NCBI GenBank assembly: GCA_963717465.1
Contig: OY970340.1
Span: forward strand, 2,752,001-2,816,000
DNA from: Candidatus Bathyarchaeota archaeon
GTDB taxonomy: Archaea > Thermoproteota > Bathyarchaeia > Bathyarchaeales > Bathycorpusculaceae
Reading direction: 5' to 3'
DNA length: 64,000 nucleotides
Below the pieces are notes generated by a model that was not told the origin of the DNA, did not search any database, and worked only from the letters and a program-made list of their open reading frames with translations. Positions 20,520 through 31,810 of the stretch are shown one piece after another. The position numbers and the translations under genes are program-made. Numbering within the stretch: position 1 is the stretch's first letter; each line of letters begins with the position of its first letter.

Positions 20520-21283
20520 AAGCAAAACTCCTAACCGACATAAAACTAATGTTTCTGCGAAACATGCATAATACTCTCCGAAGCCCTGTTTTCATTTTTG
20601 CAAGCATGTTTCAACCCCTCATGTACCTGTTGCTGTTTATGCCGCTTCTCAAAGGCTTAGGAGCCGTACCAGGATACTCCAGCGGCATTTCACCAAACGT
20701 TTTCATCCCCGGCCTTTTAGTATTACAAGCGCTCTTTGGCACAGCCTTCGTGGGATTCTCACTCATTGATGACATTCGCTCAGGAGTCATAGAACGCTTT
20801 CTGGTCAGCCCAGTGAGGCGGTCTGCAATTCTTTTAGGCAGAGTCCTCCGAGACGCAGTCATACTACTGGTTCAATGCGCACTTATAACCATAGTCGCTA
20901 TTCCATTCGGGTTAACCCTAAACGTTTATGGCTTCTTACTGTCGCTGATACTTTACGCCTTAATCGGCATAACCATGGCATCCATCTCATACGGCTTTGC
21001 ATTAATCTACAAAATAGAAGACCCACTTGCACCAACCCTAAATACTATAACATTACCCCTTTCACTCCTATCAGGCATAATATTGCCACTCACCTTTGCA
21101 CCTCTCTGGCTTCAAGACCTCTCAAAAGTAAACCCGTTCTCTTACGCAGTCAACGCCACCCGCGACCTATTTGCCGGCACCTTCCAAAGCATCACAGTTC
21201 TCGAAGGATTCTTAATCATAGGCATACTCACCATCATCGTTTTCGCCTGGTCGTTGAGGTCACTAAAGAAAATGGCAGCATAA
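20516..21283 (+). CDS. ABC-2 (DrrB-like) permease
   Basis: Six TM segments, SGVIERFLVSPV, NPFSYAV. Confidence 0.9.
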   Translation: MKAKLLTDIKLMFLRNMHNTLRSPVFIFASMFQPLMYLLLFMPLLKGLGAVPGYSSGISPNVFIPGLLVLQALFGTAFVGFSLIDDIRSGVIERFLVSPVRRSAILLGRVLRDAVILLVQCALITIVAIPFGLTLNVYGFLLSLILYALIGITMASISYGFALIYKIEDPLAPTLNTITLPLSLLSGIILPLTFAPLWLQDLSKVNPFSYAVNATRDLFAGTFQSITVLEGFLIIGILTIIVFAWSLRSLKKMAA

Positions 21284-21522
21284 AAACGCCAGAAGACAGA
21301 AAAGTAGTCTTGCACGCTGAGGAAATTCTAACTCGAGCACAGATGAAACTGCAAAGTTATATTGAAGTTAATTTCAAATTAACCTAATACTATGAAAAAG
21401 GTCTTGCCCTATGAGAAATCAGTATTGAGGTATAACAATTGGGTTTGAAGTGAAAGGATTTGATGAATACAGGAGTTTAATTCCGAAAATCTCGGAAGAA
21501 GAGACCCTCAACTATTCAAAGT

Positions 21523-22118
21523 TCATTCCTTTAATTGGTGGGCTGGGGCAATGGGTGATTTTGAACTATTTTTTAGGATTGCTTTTTGAATTGCTTCAAT
21601 TCTTTGCTCAATCTCAGGATACATTCTTGGTAAAATTCTTGAAATCAGGACAATTGACTGGTCATTTTCTGCTGGGTAAACCTCTTTAAGCTTTTTTAAA
21701 GCAGCGCATAATTCTTCACCAAGATTCATTTTGACTGCGAAAAGATCACTTTCTATTTCCTGTTTACACACCCAGGAGGAATTAGCATAATATGAAGCAG
21801 CGAGGAAAAATAATAGAGTATGAATAGAATAACACTTGATTGAAATTTGAGTGAAATGCTAACAACGTCTAATAATATACTTAAGAATAATGGAGGCAAA
21901 AAAATTCTCGCAAACCTTTTACTTTTGTTACGGGAAATTATGTGGAAAAACTCATGCACGCCTACAGCAGCCACTTCATTTGGAGTGAGCGCAGCAAAGA
22001 ATTTAGCGTCATAAATTAGAGATGAATTGTTAAAGCTTGGCCGGCAGCATATTTGACCTAAGGGTAATCGGTAATAACGTTCAAGTTTGCTTTTTTTTAA
22101 AATCTTTCCAATTTTCAA
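21523..22118 (-). CDS. M48-like membrane zinc metalloprotease, split (indel or pseudogene)
   Basis: LTPNEVAAVGVHEFFH HExxH motif; downstream ORF has EIESDLFA and YPEIEQRIEAI. Confidence 0.6.
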
Positions 22119-22521
22119 AGATTTAGCAAGTTCATCTAAAATTTCAGATTGAAACGGTTGGCCTTTTTTTGCTTGCTATCACTAAACAAACGCAAGGTAA
22201 CATCTCACAGGTTGAATTGTTAAGTTAATTATTACAGTTATACTCAAATACTATTTTCATTTTTTGATAGGATAGTAGCTGTTTGAAAAGCGAGAAGCTC
22301 TTTTGCTTGCTGTTGGTTGTCGTCAGCTTCAAGCAAAAAATCGTTTTGCGGTGGCTCCGATGGGTAAACTAGTTCCACAGGCGATTGACCGTACGCAAAA
22401 GAAACACATGATTATTATATTGACTAAAAAAAGCCGTTAAAAAACGCGTAGCTATTTCCCAAAAAAGTGTTTTTAGAGAGAACAATAAAAAGAGAGAAAA
22501 TATGAAGAGAAATATTTTTGG

Positions 22522-22959
22522 TTATTTCCACTCGTGTATTGCTATGGTGAATTCAGTCCACATGGGATCAGTGGCTTCTACGGTTACGATTGCGATTGTC
22601 TCGTTTAGCCAAGCCAGCTTTTCAGACATCGTCATGAAACACCATAGTCCAACAGCTGTTGGGTTCTTGCCCATTGTCATCTTCATCATGTCTACGCCTT
22701 TGATGATGCCCATTTCGCCGGTCATGGTCATGAATGTTCCTTGATCTTTTGCTTTTCCTATGCCTTTGGGAGGCATCATGCTAAACGCTGAAATGTTTAT
22801 GTTTGCATCAACGCCTTTTGCTTTCCCAGTGCCTTTCAATTGTGCTATCCACGAGTACATTGATTCTACACCTTCCATGCCAACGTTTTTTATGAAGCCT
22901 GGACCTGAGGTTTTACCTTTTCCTTCCCATAATTTTTCGCCCAAAACCAAGTTTATCAC
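22522..22959 (-). CDS. Conserved-looking hypothetical protein
   Basis: Clean 145-aa ORF; no recognisable motif. Confidence 0.55.
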   Translation of the reverse strand: MINLVLGEKLWEGKGKTSGPGFIKNVGMEGVESMYSWIAQLKGTGKAKGVDANINISAFSMMPPKGIGKAKDQGTFMTMTGEMGIIKGVDMMKMTMGKNPTAVGLWCFMTMSEKLAWLNETIAIVTVEATDPMWTEFTIAIHEWK

Positions 22960-23270
22960 CTAAAAATCTAAACAGAAAACATGGTTCATAAGGAGATGCT
23001 ACTGTGCATAGTTTACAACACAGGCATTATTGCGTTTTTGTAATAGTTCCTGCCGCAGAAGACCAGTCAAAAGTGAAGGCTTAATTTTTATTTGTACTGA
23101 ACTGGAAAAGTGTCAAGAGTTAATAAAAAAAGAGGGAGCTTTTAATTGGAAATGTTTTTGCTAAAAACCAGTTTTGGGATAATCAACTTATTTTTAGGCT
23201 TTTTCGTACGTTTGACCAGTTTATTGGGGAAAAGTTATTTTATCAGATTTTTATTTAATTTTAAAAAACC

Positions 23271-24132
23271 TTGGACGTGAAAAGAAATTAGTTCAATTGC
23301 TAATCAATTATCGGAAATTCTTAAGAAAATAGGGTTAAGTGAGAAAGAGTCAAACGTTTACCTCTATCTTGCAAACAGTCACTCACCTAAAAACGCAACA
23401 GATATTTCAAATAGACTTCGGTTTTATAAAGGGGACACTTACCGTATCCTTACAAGCTTGCAAAGTAAAGGTATTATAGAATCAACTATAGATCGTCCAA
23501 TGGCATATATGGCTGTTCCATTCGAGAAAGTTTTGGATTTACAAGTTAAAACAATGAAAAATCAAATTAATTGCCTTGAAGCCGATGGAAAGAATTTTTT
23601 AGCTCAATTTAAATCACAGCAATCAGATTTCCCCTCGTTTAATAAAGAAAAATTTCTAATTCTAAAAGGGCAAAAAACAATTTACTCTAAGAGTTACCAG
23701 ATGGGTCGAGAAGCAAAGAAAGATATTTTATGGGTGTTTACAGAGCTTGATGGATTTCAATTCGATCCAAAACTTGCTGTCTGCAATGCTAAACTGAGAT
23801 CTCTAAACCTGATAAACATAACTCCTAAAGATCTTGAAAAAATTAAAAGATTAACAAAACTCGCTGTGAAAGCGGGTATGAATTTTGAAACTCGCTTTCT
23901 TGATTTTAATAAAGAAATGAACTTCAATGTTCTAATCGTCGACGATAAAAATGCAATGTTAATTTGGCAGCCTAAATTAGGCGAAGACATGTCTGCTTTT
24001 TGGACTGATAGTGAAGTATTTGTTTACGTTTGGCGAGTTTTTTTTGAAGAATTATGGAGCAAAGCTACAGAAATGAGTAAAAAATTACAGCAATTTGAAT
24101 TGAAAAAAGAAAGATTAGCCACTACTTCATGA
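23271..24132 (+). CDS. TrmB-family transcriptional regulator (indel near the start)
   Basis: In-frame upstream extension LKKIGLSEKESNVYLYL...YRILTSLQSKGII (TrmB wHTH); C-terminal LIVDDKNAML effector domain. Confidence 0.8.
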
Positions 24133-24294
24133 TATTGGGATCAAAAGTCTTCTTGCCTGAAGAATGATTTGAACAAACTAAATCTATAGTTCTACTCGCT
24201 TGCGTTAAGCGGCAGTGTTCCTTTTTGATACCACTAAAATTTTATATGCAAATCTGAGAGCCGTTTATTTAAGACTTAAAGAAGGAAAACTAAA

Positions 24295-25140
24295 TTGAAG
24301 AATGAAAAAGAATTAAAAGCTGGTGTTGTTGGGCTGGGGTTAATAGGCGGAGGAATCGCGACTAGCCTAGTCAACAGTGGCAGAATCCCAGCAGTGTTTG
24401 ACATCATTCCGGATGCGTACAAAAAACATGCTAACGTACCTGCACAATTGGGCTCTTGCGCCGATGTCGCAGAGAAAAGTGATGTGATTATGGTTGCAGT
24501 ATTCAACGCTGAACAGGTTAAAGAAGTGCTTACAGGAGAAAACGGACTGCTGAGTAGATCCCATGAGGGTATGGTTGTTGTCTTACTGTCAACCGTCACA
24601 ATGCAAGAAGCGAAAGAGTTTGCAGCTCTTTGTGCCGAAAAGGAGGTCGGCTTTCTGGATTGTGGTGTCACGCCTGGTTCTCTTGCAGCTAAAAATGGTC
24701 TTGTTGCAATGGTCGGTGGAGATGAGAAAACGTTTGAATACGCTATCCCTGTATTGGCAGATTGGTCGGCAGATGCAATTTATTGCGGCCCTGCCGGTAC
24801 GGGAATGGCTGTAAAAATTGCCAGAAACGTTAACACTTATGGGATATGGCGTGTTGTTGTTGAGTCTACTAGACTTGCAAATGCGGTCGGTGTCACTCCT
24901 GACAGGTTTCTTAAGGTACTGGAGGCCGCAGATAAGACGGAGAATCTATTTTATAATGTACTCCGTAAGATCGCCACTTCTCCAGACGGCAAGGTGCCCT
25001 CGAATATGGCTAATATTCTTCTAAAGTATATGCTGAAGGACCTTGATGCTTCGACAGAACTCTCCAAAACTTTCGATGTGGACATGCCGATCCGTGACGC
25101 CGTCAAAAAATTAGTAAACGATACCGTTGATCTTCGTTAA
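24295..25140 (+). CDS. NAD(P)-dependent oxidoreductase, 3-hydroxyisobutyrate dehydrogenase-like family
   Basis: GVVGLGLIGGG Rossmann motif, MVGGD, GMAVKIARN, KDL. Confidence 0.85.
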   Translation: MKNEKELKAGVVGLGLIGGGIATSLVNSGRIPAVFDIIPDAYKKHANVPAQLGSCADVAEKSDVIMVAVFNAEQVKEVLTGENGLLSRSHEGMVVVLLSTVTMQEAKEFAALCAEKEVGFLDCGVTPGSLAAKNGLVAMVGGDEKTFEYAIPVLADWSADAIYCGPAGTGMAVKIARNVNTYGIWRVVVESTRLANAVGVTPDRFLKVLEAADKTENLFYNVLRKIATSPDGKVPSNMANILLKYMLKDLDASTELSKTFDVDMPIRDAVKKLVNDTVDLR

Positions 25141-25176
25141 ATTGAAAAATCTAAGTTCAATTGAAGAGGTATAGAA

Positions 25177-27208
25177 ATGAAGTATGAATCTACTCAGGGA
25201 ATGAAGGCTTTTGAACCATTCAACATCAAATCAATGCATCTGAAAAACCGTCTCGGAATTGGCCCATATGGGTCGCATCCATCAGCAAAAGACGGCTCGC
25301 CTAACGAGTTAACGGTAAAATATTATGAACAGTTGGCCGCAACTGGCTTTGGCTTCATAATGGTTGGAATCGTCAATCCTATTCCAAAAAACCTATTGCC
25401 GAATTACAGCAGTCGTGTAAATATTCACATTTCCGAGGACAATGATATCGAAGGATGGCGCAAAGTCACCGACGCAATCCACGCCCATGGCTGCTGTTGC
25501 GGTATTCAACTTGGATTATTCGGACTTATAAATTGCAACTACTTATCAGAGCTTGAAGGCGACCTGAAAAAATACGCTTTCAACGATATGTCAACAGGAG
25601 CGACCAACACTCAACTGCCCCCTGGAAACATCCTCACAAAGGAAGACATGCATAAAATAATTGAGTACAGCGGATTAGCCGCTGGGCGCGCTAAAGCCGC
25701 AGGTTTCGACTGTATTTCCGTTCATAATGCCCACAGTGATATTATGCTGGGCGCGTGTTCTCTTGACCCAATGTTCAATAACCGTGACGACGAGTACGGT
25801 GGACCCATTGAGGGTAGACTCCGCTACACTGTAGAATTAATCAAGGAAATGAGGAAGAACGTTGGCCCTGACTACCCCATCACTATGAGAATCAACGGTG
25901 ATGACCTGAAAGACGAATTAGGTAACAGTCTGGAAGACATCTGCAAATACATAATTCCAGAGCTTGAAAAGGCTGGTCTAAGACGCCATCGACGTATCGC
26001 AGGGCGGCTCTATGTACGCGGGTCAAGGATGTTTGCCCGTGTTGTATTATCCTCGAGCCTGCTGGATTTACATCTCCTCTACGATCAAGAAGTACGCTAC
26101 TGTTCCAGTATTCGGTGTAGGGCGCGTAACCAGCATAGAGATGGCGGAGAAGATTCTGCGCGAAGGAAAAGTGGACATTTTCTATATTGGTCGTGAAGTA
26201 TATGTCGACAACAAATTGATCCATAAATTCGAGAATGGCAAGTGCATGCCATCTGAAGTGCGCCAGTGCATTGGCTGCGATACCCGCTGCTTTCCCTGCT
26301 CCGTGAATTATGAGGCCATAGGGATGGTAGGCGCCCCGATAATTCCTATTACTCCCGCAGCAAAACCCAAGAAGATTTTGATTGTCGGCGGCGGCGTCAG
26401 CGGTATGGAAACTGCCAGAGTTGCTGCGATGAGAGGTCACAAGGTTAGTCTGTGGGAAAAAACTTCAAAATTGGGCGGCGCAGTAGGTATACTCGCCACA
26501 ACACCTCACCTGTCTGAATTCCAGAATGCCGTGGATTACCTGTCTGGTCAGATGACTGAACTAGGCGTGGACGTGAAGGTCTGTTGTGAAGCCACTGTAG
26601 AAAAGATTAAAGCATTTGCCCCCGATGCAGTCATTCTCGCTTCAGGAACATCTGAACAACTCCCCGAGGTTTTCAAGGGACAGCCGATGGTGATGGGCCT
26701 GATGGAAGCTATAGAGAGAAAGCGAGAATTTCGGAGTTTTGCTGGGTGGCGTAAGAAGGTATGGTTCTCAGGTTTTACGGGTTGCGAATTTGCACTCGAC
26801 CTTGCAGCTGAGGGCGCTGAAGTCACCATGGTCGGCCCAGGCGGAGACTCCACTGTTGCAGCGGAGCCGTGGTTTACACGTGACAGGAAGGTTTACCTCA
26901 GGAAAAGACTTACAGACGGCAACTTTATCAGGCGTAGCAAGGACACTGAGCGTGCTAATATCAAGATGCTATTTAAATCCAAAATCGAATTCGTAGACGC
27001 AAGCGGCGTTCACTACTATCACAATGGAATTCACAAGGTAAACGAATATGATGCTGTCATCGTCGTTTCGCCCAGAACTAAAAACGACCAGATATACGAG
27101 GAAATTTCAAAATTTGTTCCCGAGGTGTATAAAGTCGGCGACTGCGATAAAATCGGCCTCATCCAAGACGCAATCAAAACCGCTAACGAAATTGCCCGAG
27201 TTATCTAA
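25177..27208 (+). CDS. NADH:flavin oxidoreductase (OYE barrel + FAD/NAD domains; indel near 25980)
   Basis: AGFDCISVHNAH, NNRDDEYGG, CIGCDTRC Fe-S region, IVGGGVSGMETARVAA. Confidence 0.85.
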
Positions 27209-27314
27209 TAAACAAGAAACCTCTTCTATTCAAAAAGCCTCTGCCGTGCACAATTCACAAACAAGCCATTAGCGCTTTTTTAATTAAAACCGCACGTTTT
27301 CTTGTTAGCAACCA

Positions 27315-28444
27315 TCAGCCCTTATAACCCCAGTAAGACCCATCAATGTATTCAGCATCAATTGAGGATGGAGACCCTTCAGGTTTCTCAACAGTATAGC
27401 GCTTTCCTACAAAAGGAATTTTTGTTCCGCACTCGGGACATTTATAATCAGATGGCAAATCAAAGCTATCAACATATCAAATCGCCGCAAAGGCAATTGT
27501 GACGGCCTATAAGCTTTTTGCCGCAACTAGGGCAATTTGTATCCAGTTCAAGCAAACTATAAACGTAGTTTAATCCTTCATCTCTGACAGCCTTAGACAC
27601 ACTTTTCAAAGTGTCATAATTTATTATTTTATTATTCAATAAACATGTCCTTCTAAAGGGAAGCAAGTGCATTGGCTTATCAGGACCCAAGTTATCAATT
27701 ACCCAGCGACTGAGTTTCCTAATGTTCTGCACAGAATCGCCATACTGAAGTGAAACCAAATCGGTTAATTCAATGAAGACCTTATTATCCCGAAAAGTCT
27801 CTAAGGCAATTAAAAATGGGTTCAACATAAGGAACTTCACAGAGGTTACGGTAAAACTCTTTGTTTGCCGCACCTTTAAAATCCACTGTCACAGCGTCAA
27901 TATATAGTGAAATTGTATCTACTGCTTCAGAAGTCATGTAACCATTCGTAAGAAGCGTAGTAAACAAGCCCTCCTTGTGTGCAAGTTGAGCAGTGTCATA
28001 AGCGAACTCGAAAAAGACCTGTAGACTCATTATAAGTGGAAACTTATACCTTGGCAGCCCTTGCGTTTAGCATTATCCACTAATTGTTGAGGTTGAAGAG
28101 GTTCTAAACAATGGAAGCTTTGATTGCCTTCGTTAACTCCGCTTAAGGCGAAGTTCATGCAGAATTTACAACGAAAATTGCAGCCTAAAGTTCCAAAAGA
28201 ATATGTCATCGAGCCCGGGTTGAAATGATATAAGCCTTTTTTCTCTATAGTATCCACATAATTCACTGCGACGGAACCATAAACATCAGAAACTAGCATA
28301 CCCATGCATATTTCGTTTAACTCGACAAAAACCCGCCTTTCCCTCGGGAATCACGCATCTTCGCGCACAAACGTCACAACGAACACCTGACGGGACAGGA
28401 ACGTATAACATTGCTTCTTTGACGTAAGCTTGTTTTAGGGCCAT
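27315..28444 (-). CDS. AmmeMemoRadiSam-type (PFL-activase-like) radical SAM enzyme, broken by about four indels
   Basis: N-terminal KEAMLY...CDVCARRC...GFCRV, DTIEKKGLYHFNPG, CNFRCKFC, TNGY, VDFKG, C-terminal CPSCG and CPECG. Confidence 0.8.
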
Positions 28445-28577
28445 TTTAATCCCTTAAGTTCTAAAAGTATTAATCGGTTAAAACCCTATAAATTGTTCAG
28501 TCATTCATTAGAATGACAAACAGCAAACTTTTAAGTTAATTTTTGGATGTAGTATACGCATGAAAGGAGGCGAAAAA

Positions 28578-28835
28578 ATGGAACAGTTGAGTAAAAGTGA
28601 GAAATTAGAAATCACTATTGACACTGCAAGAGGTTCGCTTAAACTACAATTGCCAGAAGATGCACTTATAAAAGACATTGTTCAAGCAGTCCTTAAAAAA
28701 TTTAACTTAAACGCCCAAGAAGTATACGAATTAGTGCATGAAGGAGTAGCGCTAAGACCAGAGCGTACACTTCAAAGCTACAAAATCAAAGCTGGAGAAG
28801 TCCTGAACCTTGTTCGGGAGACACATGTTGCTTGA
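28578..28835 (+). CDS. Ubiquitin-like (beta-grasp) protein, 85 aa, ending ...LNLVRETHVA
   Basis: YELVHEGVALRPERTLQSYKIKAGEVLNLV aligns with ubiquitin [36 protein letters not shown] SD. Confidence 0.85.
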   Translation: MEQLSKSEKLEITIDTARGSLKLQLPEDALIKDIVQAVLKKFNLNAQEVYELVHEGVALRPERTLQSYKIKAGEVLNLVRETHVA

Positions 28836-29248
28836 TTGACAAAGAAATCAGGCGCCTAATCGTTGAGGAGCAAATGGGCAATTTCCAAAAAGATAACGCG
28901 GACTTAATCCAAAGCAACGATTGGATCATAGAAGTTAAAGATACCACAGTCTTTGTAAAGATGAAAAGCCACAAAGATGGTGAGGAATACCTGCTTCGTA
29001 TTACGACAACAGGATACCCTTTTTGGAGCCCGCACATCGATTTTATTGACTTTTCAACTAAAACATCCGTAGCACGCGCATGGCCAGTTGATAGGCCCAA
29101 AGGCTGGATTCCGGTTTTTCGGGTTGACAGAGGATTTGTTTGCCTTGTTCCAAAAGCAGGACCCATCTGGTCAATTCCAGAAATTATTCTGCGCATACAG
29201 TATTATTTAGATTACGACGGCTATATAGGACGGTATAAGGAGCCTTAG
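28832..29248 (+). CDS. E2/UBC-like conjugating enzyme
   Basis: GYPFWSPHIDF (YPxxPPxVxF-like), GFVCL catalytic Cys, downstream WS motif; TTGA overlap with the Ubl stop. Confidence 0.75.
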   Translation: MIDKEIRRLIVEEQMGNFQKDNADLIQSNDWIIEVKDTTVFVKMKSHKDGEEYLLRITTTGYPFWSPHIDFIDFSTKTSVARAWPVDRPKGWIPVFRVDRGFVCLVPKAGPIWSIPEIILRIQYYLDYDGYIGRYKEP

Positions 29249-29278
29249 CTGCCGTTTATTTACCAAGAAGGGATAAAG

Positions 29279-29865
29279 TTGGATGAAATCAAGATAATAT
29301 TACAAGAAGAAAAAAATGATGGCATAATCATTCCACAATATCATAATTGATCAAACCTTAGAATACATTCGATATTGGGGAGAGAAAGAACAAGAGACCT
29401 TGCTATTTTGGGCAGGAATCAAAAACAGCCAATCAACCTATGTAACTACATGCATATTCCCAAAAGCACATGCAATAGCCATAGAGATTGATACAAACCC
29501 ATGCCCAACAACAAATCCTCCTAACGTCGCATATATTAAACATATGCATGAACCGGGTATCCATTTAAATGCTGTAGAAGCAGCCAAAGTTATATCGGAA
29601 GCAAGAAAGAGAAACTTGACTATAGTTGCGCAGGTCCACTCCCATGAACATGAAGCCTACCACTCGTCGATAGATGAGAAAAATCCCTTTGATTCATCTG
29701 AAGGATTTTTGTCCATTGTTATTTCAGAATTCGGAAATCAAAATGTTAATTTTCTTGTCATCAAATGCAATCTATCAATGTGGGGCTAATGAAAAATTCC
29801 ATCAACTTACAGCCCAAGAAATAGAAAAAACAATCAAAGTAATAGATAGTAAAATTAACCTTTAA
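29279..29865 (+). CDS. JAB/JAMM (MPN+) metalloprotease / deubiquitinase-like (indels near 29340 and 29760)
   Basis: N-terminal Glu (GEKEQETLLFWAG) and QVHSHEHEAYHSSID Zn motif. Confidence 0.82.
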
Positions 29866-31241
29866 GTGGTAAGCGTTTTGGAGCGAGAATATTTCTACCA
29901 AGCACGTGATAACCGAACATTGCTGTTTGCAGAATCAGATTATCGAAACAAAAAAGTCCTAATCACAATAAATGATCACTCGCTAGACACGTTTGATGGC
30001 CAAGTTATGCTGTTTACTGCATTCAACTTAACATGCAGGTTTTGCAGCAACATAGACATACAATGCAACCTGTCCACTAAAACCATCTATCTTGCGCCAA
30101 AATTTAATCAAGCAAAAATCTCTGACGCATTAATCCAGGCTGGATCAAAAATTGATCCATATGGCAAATTTACATTAGTCGACGCTCCTAAGGAGAGCTA
30201 TGATGGTGTTTTATCGATTGGAAATTCCCAAAGTGCAGTTAGTAACCAGATAAATATCGACAATGATGGCTGGCTAGCTTACCTCAATAAACCAAAAGAA
30301 CAAACTGGAAAATCCTCTTTGAATTCAAACCCAATCGGCGCTGGAGTTGCGGCATGCCTAGGTGTTTGTGAAATTTTCAAAAAACTTGTTCCAGCAAATA
30401 ATTATTGTCAGCAAATGGGCAGTTTCTGCTTTTCAGCTCTTGATTATTCATTAAATAAGCCTGATGCTGAAAATCCGCCTTTGCCTAAAGAAATAAAATT
30501 GGGCAATATTCAAATCATCGGGGTTGGCGCTGTTGGAAGTGCAGTTATAGCATTTCTTGATTTTCTACCCATCGAGGGCAATATTGAATTGATTGATAAT
30601 GAACGAGTTGATACTTCTAATTTAAATCGCTACTTCATTGCCACAACTGATGATGCGTGCAGACCAGCACGCGCTAAAGTAGATGTTGCGGAAAGCTATT
30701 TGTCGCAGAAAAAAGTCGGTTTAACCAAGTTTAATGGATTATATGAAGATTACGTGGAAAAGAATGGTCAGGGGTAAACGCAGATGTTGTTTTGCCTCTG
30801 GTAGACAACAATAAAGCTCGACAACTGGTTCAATTGAACATGCCGCGCTTATCGATTTATGGAACAACGGGCGACTGGGCATTTAGTGTATCACGCCAAA
30901 AAGCCTTAGAGGATGATTGCATTATTTGCCGACACCCCGGCAAAGAAACAAATGACCTGCCATGTGGAATTGTCGAATTAGATCAGCCTCAACCGAAAAA
31001 AGAAGAAAAACCAGTTAATGCGGCCGTCTCTTTTGTCTCAGCTCTTCCAGGCATACTAGTTGCAGGAGAACTAGTCAAGCTTAATTATAGCAAAGTATAT
31101 TCGGAAAATTTTCTGCAAATCGATTTGTCATCCAGTCCTCAGTTCATGCAGCATTTCAAACGAAGACCAACGGATACTTGTATTTGCCAAGCGCCCTGGT
31201 TTAGAGCAGTATACGAAAAAATACTATTAAAAAATAATTGA
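29866..31241 (+). CDS. E1/ThiF activating enzyme with N-terminal inactive and C-terminal active adenylation domains (indel near 30775)
   Basis: NPIGAGVAACLGVCEIFK (pseudo-domain end), IGVGAVGS, DNERVDTSNLNRY, DVVLPLVDNNKAR, CIIC and CIC Zn ligands, LPCG putative catalytic Cys. Confidence 0.85.
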
Positions 31242-31429
31242 TTCTTTGATATCAGAAAATTGCTTGGTCTTTAAAAAAAGATAATGCCACTTATCTCGCT
31301 AAAAGAAAAAGGTTGTTTGTTACAGAAAGCTTGTTCTTTCCATAAACGATCAGTTGTCAATCTTGGTCACCATTTTTCAACGTCTTCAAGTGCTTTTAAT
31401 GCGTAAAAATGAAATCAAATGCTGCAAAT

Positions 31430-31810
31430 CTAATATTCGACGCCTTTAAGATTCTTTGAAACCTCCACTATACGTCCCATAGTCTTCTGACTCTTCATTG
31501 CCTTCATCATGTTAAGCTTCAGCTTAGCCTTCTGCGCACCGAGTTCACCCTTGGAAATACCAGCAAGTATAGCATAAGTAGCAGTTTGACCGAACTCATA
31601 TTCTTTAAGATCAGCAGCTTTAATCTCATCAGCTGTAGTCTTCCCTTTATCAAACTTTAATGCAAAAGCTTTCGGTTGTCCATCAGGACCAAGCACATCA
31701 GTAAAGATAAAAGCTAAAGAGCTCGTAAATCCTGATTTTGAAAACTCTGGATCATTGTTTAAAGCTTCAGCCTGCATCTTATAATAATCCAATGTCCCAT
31801 ACTTCACCAA
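31430..31810 (-). CDS. SCP2 (sterol carrier)-like lipid-binding protein, paralog 1
   Basis: AEALNNDPEF...ATYAILAGISKGEL...KLKLNMMKAM SCP2-like pattern; GGAGGTGA SD. Confidence 0.65.
   Translation of the reverse strand: MVKYGTLDYYKMQAEALNNDPEFSKSGFTSSLAFIFTDVLGPDGQPKAFALKFDKGKTTADEIKAADLKEYEFGQTATYAILAGISKGELGAQKAKLKLNMMKAMKSQKTMGRIVEVSKNLKGVEY

Noticed and set aside
27315..28444. Radical SAM gene as a prokaryotic viperin
   Set aside because: The N-terminal Cys cluster, EKK.LYHF.PG and C-terminal CPxCG motifs fit the AmmeMemoRadiSam/PFL-activase-like family instead
28578..31241. Operon as an ordinary ThiS/MoaD-ThiF/MoeB sulfur relay or SAMP system
   Set aside because: It includes an E2-like gene, the E1 is double-length, the Ubl lacks GG, and no thiamine/Moco biosynthesis genes adjoin it
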